In this document: piece after piece, positions 7,604-14,835 of the stretch
Position numbering within the stretch: the stretch's first letter is position 1
Layout of the letters: each line of letters opens with the position of its first letter
Assembly: GCA_011364905.1 (NCBI GenBank)
Contig: RDNZ01000056.1
Location: 1 to 14,935, forward strand
Length of the DNA: 14,935 bases
DNA from: Candidatus Thorarchaeota archaeon
GTDB lineage: Archaea > Asgardarchaeota > Thorarchaeia > Thorarchaeales > Thorarchaeaceae
Direction of reading: 5' to 3'
The notes under the pieces: model-generated
What the model was told of the DNA's origin: nothing
The model's database searches: none
What the model saw: only the letters and a program-made list of their open reading frames with translations
Made by a program: the position numbers and the translations under genes

Positions 7604-8569
7604 TTGACTAAGGTTAGAACTCAGCTAATTAAAGAGGTTGTCACAAACCTAGAGGGTGCTGGGTTTATACTGTCGTCGCAGTGTGATGTACGACCTAGCT
7701 GTTTTGATCTCGTGGCTCGTAGGGGCGAGCAGTTGATTCTCGTCAAGGTGTTAGCAAACATTGACGCTCTGACCGGTGAAGATGCAATATCTCTTCAACT
7801 GGTAGCTCATTTCTTCGGTGCGACACCACTTGTGGTGGGGGAGAAGACAAGAAGAGGTGACCTCGACTCCGGAGTAGTATACAAGCGATATGGTGTGTCC
7901 ACGATTGCCCCTCCTAGCTTTCAGAGCCTGATTGCAGAGGAACGACTACCTCGAGAGTTCATTCAAAGGGGTGGCCGATTTGTTGCGATTGACGGCACCA
8001 AGCTCAGAGAAGCAAGAATCGATCAAAAAATGACCACTGAGGAACTTGCTGACTGTGTGCAGGTGTCCGCCCGAGCTATCCTGGCTTATGAAAAGGACGA
8101 GATGGACATCAGCACAGACATTGCAGAGCGACTCGAGAAGGTACTTGAAACAGACCTAATGATACCTATTGACCTATTACAGGATAAACCCCAAGACAAG
8201 GCTCTAAGACAGATCGACAAGCCTCAACATGAAGTGTCAAACCTTGAAAAGCGGGTCAGCCAATTCTTTGAGCGTCTGGGAATGACCGTTCTTTGGACAG
8301 ACAGAGCCCCCTTCCATGTTGCTGCGAAAGAAAAGGGACCACCACTGATGTCTGGGGTTGGATCCATTACAAGCTTGACACTGAAGAAACGGGTCGAGAT
8401 TCTCAAGAGTGTTTCAAAGGTCACTGAATCAAATGCTGTGGTTATCGTTGAAGAGGGAAAGACGGGTGATAGCATGTCTGACCTGCCAGTAATACGCCAA
8501 CTCGAGCTCGACGGCATCGCGAAACCGCGTGAGCTCAAGAAGTTGCTTGACGAGCGATCCAGTCAATGA
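7604..8569 (+). CDS. Conserved archaeal HTH-type transcriptional regulator (COG1395-like; nuclease-like N-terminal fold plus Cro/XRE HTH)
   Basis: SCFDLVARR...LVKVLANID N-terminus, RGGRFVAIDG, and HTH 'KLREARIDQKMTTEELADCVQVSARAILAYEK'. Confidence 0.9.
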   Translation: MTKVRTQLIKEVVTNLEGAGFILSSQCDVRPSCFDLVARRGEQLILVKVLANIDALTGEDAISLQLVAHFFGATPLVVGEKTRRGDLDSGVVYKRYGVSTIAPPSFQSLIAEERLPREFIQRGGRFVAIDGTKLREARIDQKMTTEELADCVQVSARAILAYEKDEMDISTDIAERLEKVLETDLMIPIDLLQDKPQDKALRQIDKPQHEVSNLEKRVSQFFERLGMTVLWTDRAPFHVAAKEKGPPLMSGVGSITSLTLKKRVEILKSVSKVTESNAVVIVEEGKTGDSMSDLPVIRQLELDGIAKPRELKKLLDERSSQ

Positions 8570-8570
8570 A

Positions 8571-9260
8571 CTAGAATGAGTCCAAAGTAGACTGCTCGTT
8601 TGCTTCCGCATCAATAATTCTTCTGACAGACTCCCAGCCCATTCTTACTATCGACGGCAGTTTACTGCGAGTCTTGACCAAATTTCTTACAAAATCAACT
8701 GTTTTTGGGTCAGAAGGATATCCAGAACCAAAATCACCGTACTTTTTATGATACTCAGAAATCCTGCGGTCTCTCTCGACCTTTGCAAGAATGGATGCGG
8801 CAGATACAATGGGATACTTGGAGTCCGCTTTGTGTTCCGATATTATATCCGCACCCTTTTCTTTCAGACCACTTTTCTCTCCAACTTTTCTGCCAAATCT
8901 GTCAGCTTTTACATCAGCGGCATCCAAATAGGCTGTTTTTGGTGTCAGTTCTTTCAGAATTGACGCAAACTCATCGACCTCTATCTCATTCAGGGTTGTA
9001 TGTTCTCTCCGTTTGTCTATTTCCGAAGCAGAAACAAATCGGAATGATGTCGCGATAACCTTTGTTTTAATCTTCTTGCTGAGTGAAAGACGACGCGAGG
9101 GTGACAGAGTCTTCGAGTCACGAACCCCTAGTTTCTCGATCTCATGCAAAGATTCTGGGCCAATCAGGACTCCACAGATGACCATCGGTCCAATCATCGG
9201 TCCTCGACCTGCTTCGTCGATTCCGCATATGCCATAGAGTCGAGTTCCTTTCCTGGTCAT
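8571..9260 (-). CDS. rnhB: Ribonuclease HII
   Basis: Motifs GIDEAGRGPMIGP, VRDSK, LDAAD, HKADSKYPIVSAASILAKVERD, GSGYPSDP, and a C-terminal PIP-box-like QSTLDSF. True start is ATG 9260; the track's extension to 9443 runs through the tRNA gene. Confidence 0.97.
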   Translation of the reverse strand: MTRKGTRLYGICGIDEAGRGPMIGPMVICGVLIGPESLHEIEKLGVRDSKTLSPSRRLSLSKKIKTKVIATSFRFVSASEIDKRREHTTLNEIEVDEFASILKELTPKTAYLDAADVKADRFGRKVGEKSGLKEKGADIISEHKADSKYPIVSAASILAKVERDRRISEYHKKYGDFGSGYPSDPKTVDFVRNLVKTRSKLPSIVRMGWESVRRIIDAEANEQSTLDSF

Positions 9261-9326
9261 AGGCCATTGTTGATTACAGGGACTTATTACACTCTCGGAT
9301 TCCAAACAAAAATTTAGGATAACATG

Positions 9327-9464
9327 TGGTGGGGTGGGGGAGATTTGAACTCCCGATCGACGAGTGTCTTCATGACGACGGTCTTTTAATGACCCCGTCC
9401 ATTTCAGGCACGCATTGTGCCTAGATCTGGAGCCCGTCGCCATACCTGACTAGGCCACCACCCC
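9327..9464 (-). tRNA. trnW: tRNA-Trp (anticodon CCA) with a 61-nt intron at position 37/38 and encoded 3'-CCA
   Basis: Minus strand folds as acceptor GGGGTGG/CCACCCC + ACCA, D arm GCC..GGC, anticodon stem ACGGG/CTCGT with loop CT-CCA-G^A, and T arm GGGAG-TTCAAAT-CTCCC. Exons 9427-9464 (38 nt) and 9327-9365 (39 nt). Confidence 0.95.
9366..9426 (-). other. tRNA-Trp intron (61 nt) with relaxed bulge-helix-bulge boundary
   Basis: Sequence ATCTAGGCACAATGCGTGCCTGAAATGGACGGGGTCATTAAAAGACCGTCGTCATGAAGAC; its removal restores a 7-nt anticodon loop. Central helix C32-U33-C34-C35 faces GAAG (3 of 4 pairs). Confidence 0.88.
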
Positions 9465-9494
9465 GGACGTCGAGAGCCACCATTCTAGAGCAGG

Positions 9495-9538
9495 TTATGA
9501 ACTTTTCGTCAGTCAGAGTCACACCGCATTCTATTAAT
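9495..9538. promoter_or_regulatory. Divergent promoter region for tRNA-Trp and elp3
   Basis: Minus strand has BRE-like CGAAAAG + TTCATAA (9495-9508) about 30 nt upstream of the tRNA. Plus strand has TATTAAT (9532-9538) about 20-25 nt before the elp3 ATGs at 9557 and 9563. Confidence 0.55.
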
Positions 9539-9556
9539 CTGGATATTGTGATAGTC

Positions 9557-11167
9557 ATGGTCATGACCGTACCTGTTGATGACTATCATATCTACAGAGA
9601 GATAGTCGACATGCTGCTTGGGTCTTCAGAACCCCTTAGCAAACAGGTAATCAACCGTATCAAGAACAAGGTATCTGCGAAGTACAAACTAGCTAAGACT
9701 CCCAGAAACGCTGACATATTACAGGTGACAATTCCTGAGGAAGCCGAGATTCTACGACCATTTCTCCAGAAGAGGCCGGTACGCACAATCTCAGGTGTTG
9801 CAGTGGTGGCTGCCATGACGGCTCCTCATGATTGTCCTCATGGAAAATGTGCATATTGTCCAGGAGGTCCAGAGCAAGGAGTTCCTCAGAGCTATACTGG
9901 CCACGAACCAGCCACAATGAGAGGGCTACAGAATGATTTTGATCCATATCGACAAGTGGAGAGTCGGTTGGCACAGCTCTCAGCGATTGGTCACAGTACA
10001 AACAAAGTCGAACTCATCGTCATGGGCGGGGACTGGTGTTCCAAACCCCCAGAGTACCAGGAGTTCTTCGTCAAAGGCTGCTTGGACGCCATGAACAGGT
10101 CTGTTAGTACTGACATTGAGGCGGCAAAGAAACTCAATGAGACCGCAGAGGTGCGCAATGTTGGACTCACGTTTGAAACTCGTCCAGATTGGGTAACTCA
10201 AGAGAGTATTGACCATATGCTCAAGCTGGGTGCTACTCGCGTAGAGATTGGGGTTCAGACTCTCTCTGACGAAATTCTACGAAAAGTAGAACGTGGCCAC
10301 GGTGTTGAAGAAACAGCAAGAGCCACAAAGCTACTCAGAGAGAGCGGTCTGAAGGTCTGTTATCATATAATGCCCGGTCTTCCAGGAGCAACCATGGAAA
10401 GCGATCTTTTCACCTTCAGAGAGCTCTTCTCAGATACTCGATTCCGTCCTGACATGCTAAAGATCTATCCAACGATTGTGGTAAAGAACACAAAGCTGTA
10501 TGACTGGTGGAAGTCCAATGATTATGCTCCCTATACCACTGACCAAATCGTGTCTGTGCTCTCTAAGGCAATAAGTGAGATGCCAGAATATGTCAGGATA
10601 CAACGGATGCAACGGGACATTCCGCTTCACCAAATTGAAGCGGGACTGAACAAGGGGCATCTCCGTGAACTGGTCCATCAAATGATGAGGTCAGAAGGCT
10701 GGAGGAACCCAACAATCCGCTATCGGGAGATTGGCCACTTCCAGATGAGGTCTGATTTGGAGGTCAGCCCTGAGAACATACGATTGGTTCGTCGCGACTA
10801 TGAGGCGTCTGATGGTACAGAGGTTTTTCTCTCGCTTGAAGATTCAAATCTAGATGTGGTCTTCGGCTTCCTTCGCTTGCGACATCCAGGTCCAGATTCT
10901 TTCAGACCTGAAATAAACGAAGAGCCCTCCGTCATAATCCGAGAGCTACGAGTATATGGTCCTGTGGTGGACATAGGAAAGAGAGATTACGATGCCTGGC
11001 AACACCTTGGTCTCGGGGAAAAACTGATGGCAGAGGCTGAGAAGGTTGGCAGTGCTGATTTTGATGCCACTCGAATACTCGTAAACAGTGGGATTGGAGT
11101 CAAAGAATACTATCGTGCTCTCGGGTATCTCGACAAGGGGCCATATCTTTTCAAGACACTTGCCTAA
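9557..11167 (+). CDS. elp3: tRNA uridine(34) 5-carboxymethylation enzyme Elp3 (radical SAM + GNAT/KAT)
   Basis: Motifs RTISGVAVVA, CPHGKCAYCPGG (CX4CX2C), QSYTGHEPA, ETRPDW, EIGVQ, HIMPGLPG, KIYPT, IRELRVYG, WQHLGLGEKLM, YYRALGY. Start is 9557 or 9563; the track's 9497 start lies inside the tRNA promoter. Confidence 0.97.
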   Translation: MVMTVPVDDYHIYREIVDMLLGSSEPLSKQVINRIKNKVSAKYKLAKTPRNADILQVTIPEEAEILRPFLQKRPVRTISGVAVVAAMTAPHDCPHGKCAYCPGGPEQGVPQSYTGHEPATMRGLQNDFDPYRQVESRLAQLSAIGHSTNKVELIVMGGDWCSKPPEYQEFFVKGCLDAMNRSVSTDIEAAKKLNETAEVRNVGLTFETRPDWVTQESIDHMLKLGATRVEIGVQTLSDEILRKVERGHGVEETARATKLLRESGLKVCYHIMPGLPGATMESDLFTFRELFSDTRFRPDMLKIYPTIVVKNTKLYDWWKSNDYAPYTTDQIVSVLSKAISEMPEYVRIQRMQRDIPLHQIEAGLNKGHLRELVHQMMRSEGWRNPTIRYREIGHFQMRSDLEVSPENIRLVRRDYEASDGTEVFLSLEDSNLDVVFGFLRLRHPGPDSFRPEINEEPSVIIRELRVYGPVVDIGKRDYDAWQHLGLGEKLMAEAEKVGSADFDATRILVNSGIGVKEYYRALGYLDKGPYLFKTLA

Positions 11168-11967
11168 TCTGTTGATCTGACTAAGCCTCTCAGGAAATCC
11201 TCCAGTTCCCTGTTGAAGGCCTCAGGATTCTCAAGATTTGATGCATGTCCCGCTCCAGGAATAATCACCTTTCGAGAGTTCTTTATCAGCTCAATCATCT
11301 TTTCCGCGTGTGGAAATACTGCCTTTCTCTCGTTTTCTCCAAGAATGACAAGTGTGGGGGCATCAATGGTTTCCAGTGGGAGAAGTTTGAATGAATAGAT
11401 GGCATCTGTGACCTTCAGGAGTTCCTCTTTGCGAAGTTTGAGTTGTTCTTTCTTGAGGTATTCTCTGACCTCATCATCCATCTCGAAGTATTTGAAGGAC
11501 CACTCTGCATATCTCTCGTCACTCATTCGTCTTATGGTCCATTTTACCATGAATTTTGGATACACTACTTTCAAGACCTTGTCAGACAATGTCAGAGCTG
11601 AAGCGACTGCAGTATCAGCTAGAACTAATCCTCTGAGATTTGTTTGATATTTCACAGCATACTCCTGTGCGACCATGCCTCCAAGAGAGAGCCCAACAAC
11701 CACAGGCTCCTGTAGCCCAAGACGGTCAATCAGCAGATGCAGGTCATTGGCAAACAACTCACAAGTGTATTCGTCATCAGACCCCTCCGACTGCTGATGG
11801 CCTCGAAGATCATAGGTGAGTACATTGTAAGTCCTTGAGAAATACTCGACCTGAGGTTTCCACATATCATGAGATGCTCCGGCTCCATGAACGAATACTA
11901 AGGGCAGTCCTGATTCACCATGCTGTTCGTAATAGGTCTGGATGTTACCGGTCTGGATGAAAGGCAT
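11164..11967 (-). CDS. Alpha/beta hydrolase (esterase, lipase or enol-lactonase-like)
   Basis: VFVHGAG oxyanion region, YDLRGH, nucleophile motif GLSLGG, PTLVILGENE, catalytic His in PGAGHASNLENP. Start likely ATG 11967 (MPFIQTGN). Convergent 4-nt overlap with the elp3 stop. Confidence 0.92.
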   Translation of the reverse strand: MPFIQTGNIQTYYEQHGESGLPLVFVHGAGASHDMWKPQVEYFSRTYNVLTYDLRGHQQSEGSDDEYTCELFANDLHLLIDRLGLQEPVVVGLSLGGMVAQEYAVKYQTNLRGLVLADTAVASALTLSDKVLKVVYPKFMVKWTIRRMSDERYAEWSFKYFEMDDEVREYLKKEQLKLRKEELLKVTDAIYSFKLLPLETIDAPTLVILGENERKAVFPHAEKMIELIKNSRKVIIPGAGHASNLENPEAFNRELEDFLRGLVRSTD

Positions 11968-12087
11968 GCCTGTTCCTTGTTTCAGTTTTATGAAAAACAT
12001 AGCTACTCAATGACTACTTCTTTTGAAAATCGAACTGAATATGAAAGTCATAAAGAGTTAAAACTCAGGAGTGTTTCAGAGGTGGGT

Positions 12088-13359
12088 ATGAAAGACGTTT
12101 GGCTTGTTGATTATGCTCGCACTCCGTTCTCACGATCACGACCACAAAAACCTGAGACCGATGCGTTTGGTGAGATCAGAGGGGACGAGCTCCTTTCCCG
12201 TCTGCTCATGAAGTTTTTTGATGGCTCACTTGCTGATAAGGGAATTGAGAAGAAGGATATGGATGAGATCACAGTCGGTGTGGCCTCGGGGGTCCTTGAG
12301 AACTGGACGTACGGAGGAAAAATACCTGCTTTCCTGTCTGGATTTCCATATGAAGTACCCTCCCTCTTTATTGACCGCCAATGTGGCTCTGCAGGTTCTG
12401 GTATGCATATTGGCATCATGGAGATTATGACAGGGTACAGTACAACTGTGTTATCCACAGGGTTTGAGCACATGACCCGGGTGCGGGGAACAGGGATTGA
12501 TCCCAACTTCTCCATGGCTGACAAGAACTCTGAGTTCTACAGACCCGGTTTTGATGCTGCTACGGTGTACAATATGCTGCAAACCGCCCAGAAGCTGTAT
12601 GAAGAGGAAGTTCCTACTTTCACCAAAGAGGACATGGACAAATTTGGTGTGAGAAGTCATAATTTGACAATCAAAAGTCAGGAGAGTGGATGGTTCAAAG
12701 GAGAAATCATTCCAATAATGGGACACACACCAGGTAATGTAGAAGAACCCATGCTAGTCGATAAGGATTTGAATGCTCGAGCCTCGACATTAGAGAAGGT
12801 CGCAACCCTACCTCGAGTATCAACACCCTTCTATCTTGAAAAGAACGGTGGAAAAGAGGGGTACATCAAAAGAGAAGGTACAGATGAGGGCGTCATCACC
12901 CCTGGGAATGCCTCGCCTCTTAATGCGGGTGCAACTGCTGCTGTTATAATGGAGGCAGAAACGGCAAAGAAGCGCGGGATCGAACCCATGGCACGAATCG
13001 TTTCCATGGGGTGGGCTGCAGTCGACCCCACAGTCATGGGCCGTGGACCTGTACCTGCTACCATCAAAGCCCTCAAGCATGCAGGACTTACCGCTGATGA
13101 CATTGACTACTGGGAGATAAACGAGGCGTTCTGCATAGTCGCTCTCAACTGCATGGACAAACTGAAGATTCCCGAAGAGAAGGTAAACGTCATGGGAGGA
13201 TCAACCGCAATTGGACATCCTCTAGGTTCTACCATGATCAGGCTGACCGGAACATTAGCGAGGATTCTCAAAGATAAGAAGGCAAAGTACGGGGTTGCCA
13301 ATGCTTGTGTTGGCGGTGGACAGGGAGTAGCTACCATAATTGAAAACTTGGATGCATAA
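12088..13359 (+). CDS. Acetyl-CoA C-acyltransferase (thiolase), bacterial/FadA-like type
   Basis: Motifs RTPF, DRQCGSA (active Cys), GNASPLNAGA, EINEAF, GHPLG, CVGGGQG. True start is ATG 12088 with a GAGGTGG SD. Confidence 0.95.
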   Translation: MKDVWLVDYARTPFSRSRPQKPETDAFGEIRGDELLSRLLMKFFDGSLADKGIEKKDMDEITVGVASGVLENWTYGGKIPAFLSGFPYEVPSLFIDRQCGSAGSGMHIGIMEIMTGYSTTVLSTGFEHMTRVRGTGIDPNFSMADKNSEFYRPGFDAATVYNMLQTAQKLYEEEVPTFTKEDMDKFGVRSHNLTIKSQESGWFKGEIIPIMGHTPGNVEEPMLVDKDLNARASTLEKVATLPRVSTPFYLEKNGGKEGYIKREGTDEGVITPGNASPLNAGATAAVIMEAETAKKRGIEPMARIVSMGWAAVDPTVMGRGPVPATIKALKHAGLTADDIDYWEINEAFCIVALNCMDKLKIPEEKVNVMGGSTAIGHPLGSTMIRLTGTLARILKDKKAKYGVANACVGGGQGVATIIENLDA

Positions 13360-13367
13360 TTAAGTCA

Positions 13368-13386
13368 TTCTTCATAATCTGAAGAA
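13368..13386. terminator. Inverted repeat between convergent thiolase and nitroreductase genes
   Basis: Perfect 7-bp repeat TTCTTCA-taatc-TGAAGAA in the 47-nt gap. Confidence 0.4.
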
Positions 13387-13406
13387 AAACGGCTTCATGC
13401 ATATAC

Positions 13407-14195
13407 TCAGTTGGTTCTGTATTTGGCGACTTGTGGAAACTTGAGGAATTCCCAACTCCCTGTGACACCGGCGTAACGCGCACCCAACTCTAGGTGTAGC
13501 ATTGCTATGCCACAATCGAGCTTTCTAGATACGTTAAAACCCTCTCTGTTACTATTAGATGAAACAGTGATAGAGTCATCACTGATCTGAAATCTCCAAG
13601 GTTGTCTGTTTGTGGCTGAAGGGGCAATCCTGGCGGCATCCAGTGCAGATTTGATCCACTTGCTTTTGTCTACACTCCCACCTATGACAAGTTTACTGAG
13701 GTCCTTTCTCCGATAATTGATGGGGACGCCACCGACTCTATCGGATCTCTTACTTGAGTAGCCCACTGGTGTGATTGCCAACACCCGCTCATTCCTCTGG
13801 AGGGTGACCTGCTTCATCACAGAATCACGACGGAAAAAGCCTCCGACCCAACAGGTATTCAGACCTAAAGATGTAGCCTCAAGGATGATTCCTTCTCCCA
13901 GATATCCTGTGATTGATTGAGCATTAGGGGTTTTCATATTGGCTATGAAAGCGATGTAGTATGGAGCATCTGTTACCTTGAAGAAGTAAGGACCTATTGC
14001 CCCCTTGAACACATCATTTGCAGGTTCTCTCACCAGAACAGCTCTTGCGCCAGTGAACGGTCGGAAGTCTGTGCATACTCTTTCGATTCTTGAAGTGATT
14101 TTCTCGTCAGGAATCTCGCCTGAATACTTCCTCTGTGAGCGTCGAAGGAATAACGCGTCATACCACGTTTCGACTGGTAGCTCCACGATTATCAC
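13407..14195 (-). CDS. Nitroreductase family protein with tandem domains (TM1586-like)
   Basis: Motifs RRSQRKY, GYLGEGIILEATSLGLNTCWVGG, second domain RRK...AARIAPSATNRQPWRF, LDCGIAMLHLELGA. GTG start at 14195 or 14186. Confidence 0.92.
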   Translation of the reverse strand: MIIVELPVETWYDALFLRRSQRKYSGEIPDEKITSRIERVCTDFRPFTGARAVLVREPANDVFKGAIGPYFFKVTDAPYYIAFIANMKTPNAQSITGYLGEGIILEATSLGLNTCWVGGFFRRDSVMKQVTLQRNERVLAITPVGYSSKRSDRVGGVPINYRRKDLSKLVIGGSVDKSKWIKSALDAARIAPSATNRQPWRFQISDDSITVSSNSNREGFNVSRKLDCGIAMLHLELGARYAGVTGSWEFLKFPQVAKYRTN

Positions 14196-14252
14196 ATCAA
14201 CCGGTTCAAGTTATCATCAAATTAGATTAGCACCTGCTATAGCGGCAAAAAG

Positions 14253-14280
14253 TGGCGCAGAGGATGAGATTTGAACTTAC
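14253..14280 (-). pseudogene. Orphan tRNA 3' fragment (T arm + acceptor strand + CCA), tRNA-Ser-like; probable att-site remnant
   Basis: Minus strand reads GTAAG-TTCAAAT-CTCAT-CCTCTGC-G-CCA followed by CTTTTT. No D arm, anticodon arm or complementary GCAGAGG acceptor strand upstream. Confidence 0.75.
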
Positions 14281-14310
14281 ATCTGGGTTGTCATCTATAA
14301 TCTTGGAATT

Positions 14311-14835
14311 TCATTGAGTTTTGCTAGGATTAAGACTGGCCTGTTCGCTTTGAACTGGAGAATGGTATCCCATTTTTTTGAGAGTTTTATAGAGGAATTT
14401 GCTGGATTCGAGTGACTCTGATGATCTCCAACGCTTTGCAAAATCTGCCTGAATAGGTTCAATCTTCTCCCACCATATCATTGCTATTGCTGCCATTGCT
14501 TCAGGTATTAGCTCTGCATCAGTGATATTCTCTTTGAGAAGTTTTCCCATCGAGTCAAAAAAGGAGCTAACGTGGATGAACTTTGCCCAGTTTTTGGGAT
14601 TTGTTGGTCCGTATTTAGCTAGAAACTCTTCATAGTCGCTCCAGTTCCACTCCCCAACCACTTCTTCAATGTCTTCAAGGAACTCTTGGTCGGCCTGTTT
14701 GTGAAAATCCAAGAATATGGAGGCTCGTCTTGACTTTGCTAAATTTCTAATAGAAAGCACACTCATGATCACTCCTATCACGACGCTCACTGTCGCTATT
14801 ATTATCGAAACAGTCTGCAAATCTAATTCCTGCAT
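14311..14835 (-). CDS. DUF4760-like protein with N-terminal transmembrane anchor
   Basis: Hydrophobic helix TVSIIIATVSVVIGVIMSVLSI followed by a basic stop (RNLAKSRR), then 'FFDSMGKLLKENITDAELI...WWEKIEPI', which fits the DUF4760 pattern as I recall it. ATG 14835 has an AGGTGG SD; TTTATTTAAG TATA-like box at 14880-14889. Confidence 0.75.
   Translation of the reverse strand: MQELDLQTVSIIIATVSVVIGVIMSVLSIRNLAKSRRASIFLDFHKQADQEFLEDIEEVVGEWNWSDYEEFLAKYGPTNPKNWAKFIHVSSFFDSMGKLLKENITDAELIPEAMAAIAMIWWEKIEPIQADFAKRWRSSESLESSKFLYKTLKKMGYHSPVQSEQASLNPSKTQ

Noticed and set aside
9261-9443. 60-aa N-terminal extension of RNase HII
   Set aside because: It is a read-through of the tRNA-Trp gene and intron; RNase HII homology begins after ATG 9260.
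11920-12087. Overlapping N-terminal extensions of the thiolase (from 11920) and hydrolase (from 12000)
   Set aside because: Longest-ORF artefacts across a divergent promoter; conserved sequence starts at 12088 and 11967.
9340-14277. 12-bp direct repeat GAGATTTGAACT (9340-9351 and 14266-14277) as the ends of a 5-kb island
   Set aside because: It is only the conserved tRNA T-loop. The acceptor strands differ, the fragment lies upstream rather than downstream of tRNA-Trp, and the interval holds core elp3.
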